Source: an uncultured virus (IMG/VR IMGVR_UViG_3300037790_000020) (Duplodnaviria > Heunggongvirae > Uroviricota > Caudoviricetes). Taken from it: a DNA stretch of 64,000 bases. Both the position numbers and the translations under genes were made by a program. Of the stretch, positions 27,476-37,264 are shown in pieces; positions within the stretch are counted from its first letter, which is position 1, and each line of letters begins with the position of its first letter. Location of the stretch: IMG/VR virus record IMGVR_UViG_3300037790_000020. The stretch is one strand, 5' to 3'. The notes beneath the pieces were generated by a model. It saw only the letters and a program-made list of their open reading frames with translations, searched no databases and was not told where the DNA came from.

Positions 27476-29296
27476 ATGCCTAGTAGATATGTGAATATAC
27501 CCTGTCCTTTATGTAATAGTTCCGATGCAGGAACTATTTATCGAAATAAAGATAAGACAACAGGTGAGTACTTTTATATGTTCAGGTGTGAAAGTGGTAA
27601 CCATACAGGACACCCAAATAACATAAGAATTGAAGACCCGGATAATTATGAGGAGGAAATATTGAATCCTAAATCAAGAAGTAAAAAAGAAGCAACTGAA
27701 CCTACCTTAGAAAATATAGGCTTAGTTAGTGGGGGGAGAGCCGTAGCATTAGATAATCCAGACGACCCTTGGGGCGTTAGAGGTATTAATGAGGAAACAA
27801 TGGCTTACTACGGCGTTACCGTAAAAGAGGATATGCCGATAACAAGAAACCGTAAACTTTTAGAACAACGTCAAATGGATGGCTTGCCTACTCGTGGTAA
27901 AGGATTAATCTTCCCTTTTTATTCTTCTACTGGGGATAATCAGCTTATTTGTCAAAAAGTCAGAACTGAAGTTGACCGTAAAGGAACTTGGTATAAATCT
28001 GGCGATACTTCAGTTAGTATGGCTGGCTTTTTCGGGCAAAATCTGTTTAATGCAAATGTTATTAAAGAGATTGCTGTTACATTCGGAGAACTAGATGCTA
28101 TGGCAGTACACCAAATGATAGGTGTACCTACTGTAAGTGTTTCTAATGGAGATAATTCAGCCCAAGGACAATTTAGGAACGAGTACTCTTGGCTATCTAA
28201 ATTTGATAAGATTATATTGGTGCCTGATAATGATGCCTCTTGTAAATCAATTATCCCTCTTTTAGGAGCTATCTTCCCTAGGAAAATACGAGTAGTAGAG
28301 TTAACTAAATTTAAAGACCCATGTGATTATTTAGTGAATGGACAACGCAATGCTTTTGCAGAAGAATTTTATGCGGCACAGCCCTACTCACCTGAAAAAA
28401 TTATTGGGCTATATTCTCTGAAAAATCTAATTTTTGAAGACCCACCGGAGCCTTTAGCTGATTATCCATGGGCTGGAGTAAATGAGAAAACTGGTGGTAT
28501 ATGGGCAGGAGAATTAGTGGTTCTTAAAGCTTTTCCTAAAATTGGGAAAACAACTGTTAGTTCGGAGATTGTTTATCATTTAAATAAAACTACAGATTAT
28601 CCTATGGGTCTTATCTTCTTAGAGGAAACCCAACGTGACCTCATCGTTAGATTTGCGACTATGGAATTAGATAAGAATCTTCAAAAAAGAGATATCTATA
28701 TGAATACAAATCCCCAAGAAATTGCTGATGCTATTGATATAACGTTAAGTGATGAAAAGATTACATTACTCGACCATTTTGGTTCTTGTTCTTCTGATTT
28801 CTTAGAAGAGAAGATTAAAGAGTTCGTACTCGCTAAGGGTTGTCAATTTATATTTTTTGACCATATCTCTATGGCTATTACTGATGAATCTAATAAAGAT
28901 GAACGGATTGCCATTGATAGATTAGTAGCAGCTATTAAAGCTTTAACTGTTGGTATCCCCGATGTTATTACTGTAGAAGATAAAGAAAATGGTGGTACCA
29001 AACAACAACCTATTACTAGACAGCCTACTATCTTTATGGTAACTCATGTTAACGATGATGGTAAGCCTCGTGGTTCTCGTGCGCCTATTCAAATGTGTAA
29101 TACTCTGATTAGTTTGGAACGAGATAAAAATGCTACGGACTCGAATAAACGTAATACTCTTAATGTATTTGTAGAAGAGAATAGACGTTTTGGCGATACG
29201 GGATTAGCAAGTGTATTAACATATAATCCGGCAACAGGTAGGCTACTTGAAGCACCTATTGACCAACAAACAGAAGGATATAATTATGAATCTTAA
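27476..29296 (+). CDS. T7 gp4-type primase-helicase
   Basis: Zn ribbon CPLC...C....H, FFGQ, TOPRIM GELDA / SVSNG / PDND / KDPCD, Walker A AFPKIGKTT, FLEE, FFDHIS, RGS, NRRFGDTG. Confidence 0.93.
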   Translation: MPSRYVNIPCPLCNSSDAGTIYRNKDKTTGEYFYMFRCESGNHTGHPNNIRIEDPDNYEEEILNPKSRSKKEATEPTLENIGLVSGGRAVALDNPDDPWGVRGINEETMAYYGVTVKEDMPITRNRKLLEQRQMDGLPTRGKGLIFPFYSSTGDNQLICQKVRTEVDRKGTWYKSGDTSVSMAGFFGQNLFNANVIKEIAVTFGELDAMAVHQMIGVPTVSVSNGDNSAQGQFRNEYSWLSKFDKIILVPDNDASCKSIIPLLGAIFPRKIRVVELTKFKDPCDYLVNGQRNAFAEEFYAAQPYSPEKIIGLYSLKNLIFEDPPEPLADYPWAGVNEKTGGIWAGELVVLKAFPKIGKTTVSSEIVYHLNKTTDYPMGLIFLEETQRDLIVRFATMELDKNLQKRDIYMNTNPQEIADAIDITLSDEKITLLDHFGSCSSDFLEEKIKEFVLAKGCQFIFFDHISMAITDESNKDERIAIDRLVAAIKALTVGIPDVITVEDKENGGTKQQPITRQPTIFMVTHVNDDGKPRGSRAPIQMCNTLISLERDKNATDSNKRNTLNVFVEENRRFGDTGLASVLTYNPATGRLLEAPIDQQTEGYNYES

Positions 29297-29666
29297 ACCT
29301 ATAAGAATAAATTTTTTCTGTCGGTTTCAACTATATATAGATACTTTACAAGGGTGTGTATATGATACTAAAAGTAAAAAACAATATTATAAACAGTATT
29401 TTTATGGTAATAAAGTATCTTTAAATTTTTGGGATAAACTGTTATATAATCAGATTTATAGAAGGCTTTTAATATATTTTAGTAAGCATGGATAAATATA
29501 TTGACATTATAAAAGATTTATATTATGCTAACCAAGATATCGCTAATATGTATTTATTTGGTTCGATGATAGCGTTGGGTGTATGTTGGATGATTATGGA
29601 CTATGTTAAGTTTCGTAGGATATATACTCCTAGATTATCACATTATGAAGTATGGAGACAATTTAA

Positions 29667-30458
29667 ATGAAAATTCGAGTATGTTCAGATTTACATTCAG
29701 AATTTTGGGTTCGTAATCAAGCTGAACCTAAGACTCGTCGCATTCTGGAGAACTTTGTTTTGCCCATTATGGAAGATGAAGAGAATACTGTTCTAGTAAT
29801 TGCAGGTGACCTAGGTTCCTTCCATAATATTAATCAACAAAAATTTATTCTTTCTCTTTTAAGTAAACGTTTTCGGGATATTATTATTTGTGGGGGCAAC
29901 CATGAATGGTATGGCGGTGATATTATTGATAATAAAGGTGAATATTTTAATCTATATAATCAATTCCCTAATATACATTTTGATTACTCTTCCATAATTG
30001 ATAATATAAATTTTATTACAACAACACTATGGACAGACTTTAATAAAGAGAATCCTTTAGATATGTTAGCTGTTAGTCAGGGGATGAATGATTACAGCCA
30101 AATACTCTGTAATAATCGGAAATTAAAGCCTGAAGATATACTTACACTACATTTAGTGTCTTTATACAATATTGAATTTGAATTACAGAATAGTAAACAC
30201 AAAAATGTTATTATAACCCATCATGCCCCTTCTTTTAGAAGTATTCCTCCTCAATTTAATGATAGTAATGTAAATTCAGGCTATGCTTCTAATCTAGAAT
30301 ATATGTTTAAAGACTATAATATTGACTTATGGATTCATGGACATATTCACGAAGCGCAAGATTATTTTATTGACAATACAAGAATTTTATGTAATCCTTA
30401 CGGCTATAGGGGTTATGAAAACTCTGGATATAATCCAAATTTAATAGCGGAGATTTAA
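29667..30458 (+). CDS. Calcineurin-like metallophosphoesterase no. 2
   Basis: SDLHSEF, AGDLG, GNHEWY, TLWTDF, THHAPS, WIHGHIH, NPYGY. Confidence 0.92.
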   Translation: MKIRVCSDLHSEFWVRNQAEPKTRRILENFVLPIMEDEENTVLVIAGDLGSFHNINQQKFILSLLSKRFRDIIICGGNHEWYGGDIIDNKGEYFNLYNQFPNIHFDYSSIIDNINFITTTLWTDFNKENPLDMLAVSQGMNDYSQILCNNRKLKPEDILTLHLVSLYNIEFELQNSKHKNVIITHHAPSFRSIPPQFNDSNVNSGYASNLEYMFKDYNIDLWIHGHIHEAQDYFIDNTRILCNPYGYRGYENSGYNPNLIAEI

Positions 30459-32741
30459 TTGATATTTATAGATTTTGAGACTAGAAGTAAAATAGATATT
30501 ATGAAGACAGGGGCGTGGAGATATTCTCAAGACCCTACGACTGATATTCTATGTATGGCATATGCTATTGATAATGGACCTGTACAGTTATGGGTGCCAA
30601 GTCAATTTGATTTACCTGCTGATTATGAAGAAACTCGTACTAAAGAACTGCACCATAAAATTGGCTTAGCCGAGAAACGTGTAGAGAAATATACAAAAGA
30701 AGATAGACCCGACCTTAAAGAAAAAGCAGAAAGTGAGATTAAGTTTTTTAAATCTCAACTAAATGAAGACGGTGAATTTAAGTTATCATTTACTTATCAT
30801 ACTAAAGTTCCTGCTTTTATAAAAGATGAAAAGGTCTTTAAAGAACTAGGTGGTATCTTAGAAGCTCATAACGCAGCATTTGAACAGGCTATCTGGAATA
30901 ATATTTTAGTACCTAGATACGGCGCATTTAAAACTGAGCCTATTGTATGGCGCGATTCTATGGCTATGTGTGCAGCTCATAGTATCCCTTTATCATTGGA
31001 TAAAGCGGGTAAAGCTCTTGGTGTTAAACATCTAAAAGATGAAGAAGGTAAGAGAGTTATGCTACAGGTTTCACAGCCTCGCAGACCCTCAGCTTCTAAT
31101 CCAAAAGAATGGTGGGAACCGACTGAAGCTCCAGATAAGTTTGAAACATTATTTATGTATTGTATGGATGATGTAGAATGTGAACGTGCTATTGGTCAGT
31201 CTTTAAAACCCTTAATTAAAAAAGAACAGTGGGTATGGCTATTAGACCAAATTATCAATCAACGTGGAGTAGAAATTGACGTTAATTTAGTACACCGCTG
31301 TTTAGACTTAATTAAAGACCATTCTGAATGGGGGAAACGTGAAATTAAAAGACTTACTAATGGTGAAGTTTCTAGTGTTTCTTTAGTAGCCCAATTAAAA
31401 GATTGGGTAAATAAACAGGGTGTTGGAGCACCAGATATGACTAAAGCTACGGTAGAGAGTTTAATAGCCAATGAATCTACCCCTGAGAAAGTTAAGGAAG
31501 CTTTAATTATTAGACAGTCTCTTTCTAAATCTTCAACCAAGAAATTAGAAACCATGCTTAATGCAAGAGCTTCTGATAATCGTATTAGAAATGTTCTTCT
31601 ATATCACGGAGCCTCTACAGGTCGTTGGGCAGGAAGACTTATTCAAGTACAAAACTTCCCTAGAGGCTCTATTAAAGATGTAGATGCCGCTATAAAAGAT
31701 ATCTATGAGATGGACGTTGAAGAGCTCCATGATAAGTATAGAGATGTTATGGAGTTAATCTCCTCATGTCTTCGAGGTATGATTGTTCCCGCCAAAGGAC
31801 ATGATTTCATTGTTGCTGATTATGGTGCTATTGAAGCTCGTGTAGTTATGTGGTTGGCCGATGAAAAAGATGCTTTACAGAAATTTCGAGATGGAGTAGA
31901 CCTCTATAAAGATATGGCAGCTTATGTATATGAAAAGGATATTGACGAAGTAGATAGTGGTGAAGAAAGACAATTGGGGAAAGCTATTATTCTCGGATGT
32001 GGTTTTGGAATGGGGGCAATTAAATTTCAAGGAACTACCGAAAGTCAAGGACTCTTTTTACCTGAAGGTATGGCTAAAACTGCTGTAAAAGCATATAGAA
32101 CTAAATACCCAAATATTCCATTAATGTGGAAAAATGTAGAGAAAGCTGCTATTGATGCTGTTATGCACCGAACTCCACAAACAACAAATAAAGTTACATG
32201 GACTCATAATTTAGAAACTAATTTTCTCGAATGTCTCCTTCCTTCTGGCAGGTCTTTATACTATTATGACCCAAAGATTAGAATTAGGTGGGCTGTTAAA
32301 TGGGTTGATGCAGATAAGAAATTCCATTTTGATAAGTATGAATCCAAAGAAGAAGCAGAGATGGCTTTAGATGGACGTAGAGATGATGTAAATTGTCAGA
32401 GACTTGTAACTGACGAACCAGAAGAGGTATACTCTCTGACTCATATGGGCGTTAACAGCGTCACGAAACAATGGGAGAGACAAGAAACATATGGCGGTAA
32501 ATTAGTTGAGAATATTGTTCAAGCAACAGCTAGAGACTGTATGGTTGAAGGTATGTTCAGAACAGAACGAAAAAAATACTTGACAATTATGACAATTCAT
32601 GATGAAATAGTCGCTGAAGTTCCAGAAGGTTATGGCTCCGTTGAAGAGTTCGAAAGCCTACTAGCTCAAACCCCCGATTGGGCTGACGGTCTGCCTTTAA
32701 TTGCAGACGGTGGATATAGGGGAAAAAGGTATCGTAAATAA
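30459..32741 (+). CDS. polA: Family A DNA polymerase with 3'-5' exonuclease
   Basis: IDFETRS, AHNAAFE, YCMDDV, TGRWAG..QVQNFPR, motif A ADYGAIEARV, motif B RQLGKAIILGCGFG, motif C IHDEIV. Confidence 0.95.
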   Translation: MIFIDFETRSKIDIMKTGAWRYSQDPTTDILCMAYAIDNGPVQLWVPSQFDLPADYEETRTKELHHKIGLAEKRVEKYTKEDRPDLKEKAESEIKFFKSQLNEDGEFKLSFTYHTKVPAFIKDEKVFKELGGILEAHNAAFEQAIWNNILVPRYGAFKTEPIVWRDSMAMCAAHSIPLSLDKAGKALGVKHLKDEEGKRVMLQVSQPRRPSASNPKEWWEPTEAPDKFETLFMYCMDDVECERAIGQSLKPLIKKEQWVWLLDQIINQRGVEIDVNLVHRCLDLIKDHSEWGKREIKRLTNGEVSSVSLVAQLKDWVNKQGVGAPDMTKATVESLIANESTPEKVKEALIIRQSLSKSSTKKLETMLNARASDNRIRNVLLYHGASTGRWAGRLIQVQNFPRGSIKDVDAAIKDIYEMDVEELHDKYRDVMELISSCLRGMIVPAKGHDFIVADYGAIEARVVMWLADEKDALQKFRDGVDLYKDMAAYVYEKDIDEVDSGEERQLGKAIILGCGFGMGAIKFQGTTESQGLFLPEGMAKTAVKAYRTKYPNIPLMWKNVEKAAIDAVMHRTPQTTNKVTWTHNLETNFLECLLPSGRSLYYYDPKIRIRWAVKWVDADKKFHFDKYESKEEAEMALDGRRDDVNCQRLVTDEPEEVYSLTHMGVNSVTKQWERQETYGGKLVENIVQATARDCMVEGMFRTERKKYLTIMTIHDEIVAEVPEGYGSVEEFESLLAQTPDWADGLPLIADGGYRGKRYRK

Positions 32742-32831
32742 CGATTAACGGTACAAAGAAAGTAGAAGGACAATCCAATGAATTTGTGAGGAATGTTGTC
32801 CTGAAAAGGAAGAAGGAAAGGAAAATAATCT

Positions 32832-33512
32832 ATGACTTCTACTCAACCAAAACAGTATGATGGCCCAAAGCCTGATTTCTGTACACTAACCGGACTAGCA
32901 ATGTATGCAAAGGTCTTTGAACCTGCAAAAGCCAATGAGCAGTATAATATTCCGCCTCGTTGGACAATTGACTTGCTACTCGATAAAGAAACCCAAAAAA
33001 CAGCAGAAGCTCGTGGTCTCGCCCTGAAACATTCAAACGAAAAGTATAAAGCGTTTTGTGAGTCTCAGGGTTTAAATGCCAAAGGTTATGATGGTACTTT
33101 TATTACCATTAAAAAGCCAACTGTACGTAAAGTATGGGATAAAGAAGCAGGAACCACAAAGAAAGATTCTACTGGACAGGCTGTTACTGAAGCTGCTCCG
33201 CGCCCTCGCGTAGTAGACTCTCATGGCACTGAAATTCCAGAAGAGGCCAATCTCTTAATCGGGAATGGTTCTGAAGTCCAAGTTTCTTTTGTTATCACTA
33301 AGCCAAAAATTGGCGACCGTGAGCAGTTTGGGAAATTTGGTGGACGACTATTCGAAACAAAAATTCTCGAATTAGTCGAATATTCCCCAAATAAAGGTTC
33401 ATTCGTATTTGACGATGAGGAGGACTCTAAGCCGAAACCTTCATCTTCTACAACCGTAGAAATGGGCGAATTAGATGCGGACGAGATTCCCTTCTTACCT
33501 GACGACGAGTAA
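32832..33512 (+). CDS. ssb: Single-stranded DNA-binding protein (T7 gp2.5-like)
   Basis: YAKVFEP, PRVVD, LIGNGSEV, LELVEY, acidic tail ending DEIPFLPDDE; follows the polymerase. Confidence 0.8.
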   Translation: MTSTQPKQYDGPKPDFCTLTGLAMYAKVFEPAKANEQYNIPPRWTIDLLLDKETQKTAEARGLALKHSNEKYKAFCESQGLNAKGYDGTFITIKKPTVRKVWDKEAGTTKKDSTGQAVTEAAPRPRVVDSHGTEIPEEANLLIGNGSEVQVSFVITKPKIGDREQFGKFGGRLFETKILELVEYSPNKGSFVFDDEEDSKPKPSSSTTVEMGELDADEIPFLPDDE

Positions 33513-33520
33513 ACTATACA

Positions 33521-33657
33521 TTTAGGGATAAGCTGAGGCTCTGTTGATAAAGGAATCTCTCGGCTATACCCTAAAGTCGGCAACTGTAGTCGTGTACTCT
33601 GGTGAAACCTAACAAACAGAAATTACAGTAAATGGTGACTGCTAGGAGAGACTAGCA
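33521..33657 (+). ncRNA. Candidate structured RNA after ssb
   Basis: Long imperfect hairpin 33521-33575; ACTGTAGT/ATTACAGT stem enclosing GGT-GAA-ACC; TGCTAG-GAGAGA-CTAGCA hairpin. Confidence 0.55.
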
Positions 33658-33681
33658 TTTATTTTTATAAAGGAGAAAGAT

Positions 33682-33909
33682 ATGGGACATTATAGTAGTT
33701 GTTACGAATACGACGAAAAACAACGTACAGAAAAGCAATTCGAATATAGAAAGGAAACATTAGCTTCTTTATCCGAAGATAGAGAATTTATTGATGCTCT
33801 TTTCCAGCTCCGAAGCCTATTTTCTAAACTTTCTATTAGTATGGAAAACGCTAGAGAATTACTCAATTGTACAGAAATACTTAGAAATAAACTGAGGAAT
33901 GCAGAATAA
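33682..33909 (+). CDS. Hypothetical protein
   Basis: AAGGAG SD. Confidence 0.6.
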   Translation: MGHYSSCYEYDEKQRTEKQFEYRKETLASLSEDREFIDALFQLRSLFSKLSISMENARELLNCTEILRNKLRNAE

Positions 33910-34890
33910 ATGACATTTACATTCGACCCCAATGAACATGCTAAGCCTAAGAAGGATGGGTATAAGTATGAATCCACCACCCCTTCTATAGATACTTTAG
34001 CCGATGATATCTATCAATATATGGGGGGTAAAGGTGTATTTCCTGCTATTGATGAGAATGCGGCAGAAGAGCTTACTAAAATTATGGCTCCGATTGTTGT
34101 AGAACGTCTAAAAGAAAGACGTAATGAGATTCAAAACTATAATAACGATGGTGAATTTAAATTACGTATGTCGAACTATGGACAACCTCATCGTAAGTTA
34201 TGGTTTGAAGCTAACGTAGGAACTGACCTTGGTGCTACTGACCCTAGGGCGTTTCTAAACTTCTTGATTGGTGATATGTGGGAAGCCATTCTCCTTTATA
34301 TCGCTAAACAGACGGGCCACGATGTTTCTATGGAGCAAGAAGAAGTAGAACTTGAGGGTATGATAGGTCACATGGACGCTGTTATCGATGGGTATTTAGT
34401 AGATGTTAAGTCTGCCTCTAAGTTCTCTTTTGAACGCAAGTTTATGAGTGGTGCTTTGTTTGAGGGGGACGACCCCTTTGCCTATATCCCTCAAATTAAA
34501 GCTTATGGCGAAGCAACAGGGATGGCTAAACAAGCATGGTTGGTCGCTAATAAAGAAAGCGGGGAACTCGGGGTTGTTAAAGTTCCTGACCACATAGAAT
34601 ATGATGCTAAAGCTAAACTTGCTGAAGCTAGGGAAGTTATTAAGTTACCAGAACCGCCTGCCGAAAAATGTTTCGAACCTATACCCCACGGTAAAGGTGG
34701 TAATATGCAACTAAATGGTAATTGTCGATTTTGCCCCTTTAAAGAATTATGTTGGAAGGATGATGGACTGAGGGCTTTCCAATATGCGAGTGGACCAGTT
34801 TACTTAACTCATGTAGAAAGTGAACCGAGAGTCGATGAAATAGATATTTATGGTGAATGGGAAGATGTACATGATGAGGACCAATACTAA
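33910..34890 (+). CDS. PD-(D/E)XK exonuclease (RecB/Cas4-like)
   Basis: LRMSNYG, GHMDAVIDG.LVDVKS, QIKAY, CRFCPFKELC. Confidence 0.85.
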   Translation: MTFTFDPNEHAKPKKDGYKYESTTPSIDTLADDIYQYMGGKGVFPAIDENAAEELTKIMAPIVVERLKERRNEIQNYNNDGEFKLRMSNYGQPHRKLWFEANVGTDLGATDPRAFLNFLIGDMWEAILLYIAKQTGHDVSMEQEEVELEGMIGHMDAVIDGYLVDVKSASKFSFERKFMSGALFEGDDPFAYIPQIKAYGEATGMAKQAWLVANKESGELGVVKVPDHIEYDAKAKLAEAREVIKLPEPPAEKCFEPIPHGKGGNMQLNGNCRFCPFKELCWKDDGLRAFQYASGPVYLTHVESEPRVDEIDIYGEWEDVHDEDQY

Positions 34891-35078
34891 TGTATGATTT
34901 AGAAAAAAAAGTTTTAGCTAGAATAAATAAACAAAAAGCAGACAATTGGGCGGAACTTGAGAAATTAAACAATAGATTAGAAGAAATAGATAGAATAGCT
35001 TCTGATAAATCAATTTCTGAAAAGGAAGTACTGTGTATGATACTAGCCGAGCTTACGAGGATTAGATATGCCGAATAG
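34890..35078 (+). CDS. Hypothetical protein
   Basis: TAATG overlap with the previous gene. Confidence 0.5.
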   Translation: MYDLEKKVLARINKQKADNWAELEKLNNRLEEIDRIASDKSISEKEVLCMILAELTRIRYAE

Positions 35079-35403
35079 AAATAAACAACGAGGAGATGAA
35101 TTAGAAAGACAAATTGTAAACTTTTTACGTGATAATGGTTTTAGTTGTGAACGTACTTTAGAAGCAGGTGCTAGGTCAGATTTAAGCCCTACTTGGGATA
35201 TTGATTTAAGAGTTGGAGAAGAACTAAAAAGAATTGAATGTAAGCGAAAGAAGAACGGATTTAAATTTTTATATGATTCATTAGGGGATAATGATTTACT
35301 TATATGTAGACAAGATAGACATGCTCCTTTATATATCATTTCTGAAACATTCCTTCTACAACTATTGAAAATAGCGGATACACAGTATAGAATTTGTACA
35401 TGA
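35068..35403 (+). CDS. Holliday junction resolvase (Hjc-like)
   Basis: NKQRGDELERQIVNFL...D..IECKRKK. Confidence 0.8.
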   Translation: MPNRNKQRGDELERQIVNFLRDNGFSCERTLEAGARSDLSPTWDIDLRVGEELKRIECKRKKNGFKFLYDSLGDNDLLICRQDRHAPLYIISETFLLQLLKIADTQYRICT

Positions 35404-35678
35404 GTCAAGACACAGACAAATCGGTAGAAGGTGAACTGCGGTTATGGAGGTCGTTAATCGATTTAATGATTCATGACTTAGGTTCTAAAAATTTAGAAAT
35501 ACGTCAAGAAGCTGAAGATTGGTTATGCCCTTTAAATGAAGACTTCTTGTTCGTCTGTGAATTAGTTAACCTAGACCCCCATAAAATACTTGATTATATC
35601 GAAGAAAATAGGTATATATTATATGGTACGGATAACTTAAAAAAGAAAGTTAGGGATTTAAGAGAGAAAAATGACTAA
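35400..35678 (+). CDS. Conserved phage hypothetical protein
   Basis: LWRSLI...D...EAEDWL...DFLFVCELVNLDP pattern; ATGA overlap. Confidence 0.6.
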   Translation: MSQDTDKSVEGELRLWRSLIDLMIHDLGSKNLEIRQEAEDWLCPLNEDFLFVCELVNLDPHKILDYIEENRYILYGTDNLKKKVRDLREKND

Positions 35679-35901
35679 TAGAAACCCAAAAGATTATACA
35701 TTAAATAAAGAAGCGGCTAAAGGCCTAGCCGAAAAGATACAGAAACATTGGCATGATAAAGGCTATGATAGCGTTAGAGTGTGGGTAGAAGATATTCATG
35801 TGTATAACAGAGAAGGTACTCGGCGCATTACAACCCGTTTCGAAATTAATTCAAATATAATTCAATCGGTGTCAAGTCTTGAGAACCAATACGTTCTATA
35901 G
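35671..35901 (+). CDS. Hypothetical protein
   Basis: Tiles in the operon. Confidence 0.6.
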   Translation: MTNRNPKDYTLNKEAAKGLAEKIQKHWHDKGYDSVRVWVEDIHVYNREGTRRITTRFEINSNIIQSVSSLENQYVL

Positions 35902-35907
35902 TATACT
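35879..35907 (+). promoter_or_regulatory. Sigma70-like promoter TTGAGA-17-TATACT for the tRNA and nrd genes
   Basis: Near-consensus boxes ending 20 nt upstream of the tRNA. Confidence 0.65.
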
Positions 35908-35927
35908 GGTCAGTCTAAACTTATTAA

Positions 35928-36003
35928 AGCGAAATGGAGCAGTGGTCAGCTCGTCGCCCTCATAAGGCGAAGGTCGTGAGTTCGAATCTCACTTTCGCAA
36001 CCA
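35928..36003 (+). tRNA. tRNA-Met(CAT), initiator-like
   Basis: 76-nt cloverleaf: A1:A72 mismatch, GAGC/GCTC D stem (A11-U24), TCGCC-CTCATAA-GGCGA, GTGAG-TTCGAAT-CTCAC, encoded CCA. Confidence 0.95.
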
Positions 36004-36038
36004 ATTATTAGCGGATAAATATAGGAGATGGAGGCGCA

Positions 36039-37061
36039 ATGCTTAATCCACAACGGGTAGGTTATCCCCAAGAGATAGTCAGAACAAATATATTCGAACC
36101 TCGAATCAACATTAAACCATACGAGTATCCTGAGCTACTTAAATATGTAGACGCTATTCGTCATTCTTATTGGGTACATACAGATTATAATTATGACCCC
36201 GATATCCAAGATATGAAAGTCAATATGGCTGAACATGAAGTTCAAGCTGTAAATCGTACAATGCTCGCTATTAGTCAAGTAGAATCTGCGGTTAAAACCT
36301 TTTGGGGTAATATGCATACTCATTTACCAAAACCAGAGATTGCTAAAGTGGGGGCAACCTTTGCTGAAAGTGAAGTAAGACACGAAGATGCTTATTCCCA
36401 TTTACTCGAGAAACTACAGCTTAATGATGAGTTTGCTAGAATAAGAGAAATCCCTGCTATGTGGGATAGAATTGCGTATATTACTAAGATTAATCAGAGA
36501 GCTAAGGAAAGTTTAGACCCTAAAGATTATTTTAAATCTATTATTTTCTTTTCTATGTTAATTGAGAATGTAAGTCTATTTAGCCAATTCTTTATTATCC
36601 TCTCTTTTAATAAACATAATAATGTTCTCAAAGGGATGAGTAACGCTATTGAAGCCACCTCTAAGGAAGAAGACCAACATGCCAATTTCGGCTTTGATGT
36701 TATTAATATTATGAAAAAAGAGCATCCTGAATGGTGGACAGAAGACCTCGTTAAATATATATCTCTGATGGCTCAGAAAGCGTTTAGAGCCGAACAAAAG
36801 GTTCTAGACTGGATATATGAAGCAGGAGACCTTTCATGCGCTCCTAGAGACGTTGTAGAGACATTTATAGCCGAAAGACTTAATAAGAGTTTATCCGCTA
36901 TTGGTATTGAGCCAGTTCTTAGAATTGAACCTGAATTATTACGTAGAACACAGTGGTTTGATGATGAGATTACAGTAACGAAACAAGGTGATTTCTTTCA
37001 AAAGAGAAATAATACTTATAGTAAACATAATAAACCAATTGGAGCGGAGGACTTATTTTAA
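36039..37061 (+). CDS. nrdB: Ribonucleotide reductase class I beta subunit
   Basis: [48 protein letters not shown]. Confidence 0.95.
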   Translation: MLNPQRVGYPQEIVRTNIFEPRINIKPYEYPELLKYVDAIRHSYWVHTDYNYDPDIQDMKVNMAEHEVQAVNRTMLAISQVESAVKTFWGNMHTHLPKPEIAKVGATFAESEVRHEDAYSHLLEKLQLNDEFARIREIPAMWDRIAYITKINQRAKESLDPKDYFKSIIFFSMLIENVSLFSQFFIILSFNKHNNVLKGMSNAIEATSKEEDQHANFGFDVINIMKKEHPEWWTEDLVKYISLMAQKAFRAEQKVLDWIYEAGDLSCAPRDVVETFIAERLNKSLSAIGIEPVLRIEPELLRRTQWFDDEITVTKQGDFFQKRNNTYSKHNKPIGAEDLF

Positions 37062-37264
37062 TGTCAATTAAATTATTATGTTGTGAAGCTAAGTATTATC
37101 TAGGAGATAGAGTGAGAAAAATAAGAGGTTCTAGATGGCAGGGAAAAGTAGTAGGGTTTTATTCGACAGAATTAACTCCCATTGGATATGCTATTGAAAG
37201 TGAAACAGAAACGGGTTCAGTACAAATATACCCTGAACAAGCATTGGAAAAAATAGATGACTAA
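37061..37264 (+). CDS. dfrB: Type II (R67/DfrB-family) dihydrofolate reductase homolog
   Basis: [49 protein letters not shown] aligns without gaps to the R67 core [49 protein letters not shown]. Confidence 0.93.
   Translation: MSIKLLCCEAKYYLGDRVRKIRGSRWQGKVVGFYSTELTPIGYAIESETETGSVQIYPEQALEKIDD

Noticed and set aside
24754..32741. Z-genome (2-aminoadenine) pathway suggested by dNTP pyrophosphatases plus PolA
   Set aside because: No PurZ or adenylosuccinate-synthetase-like gene in the window.
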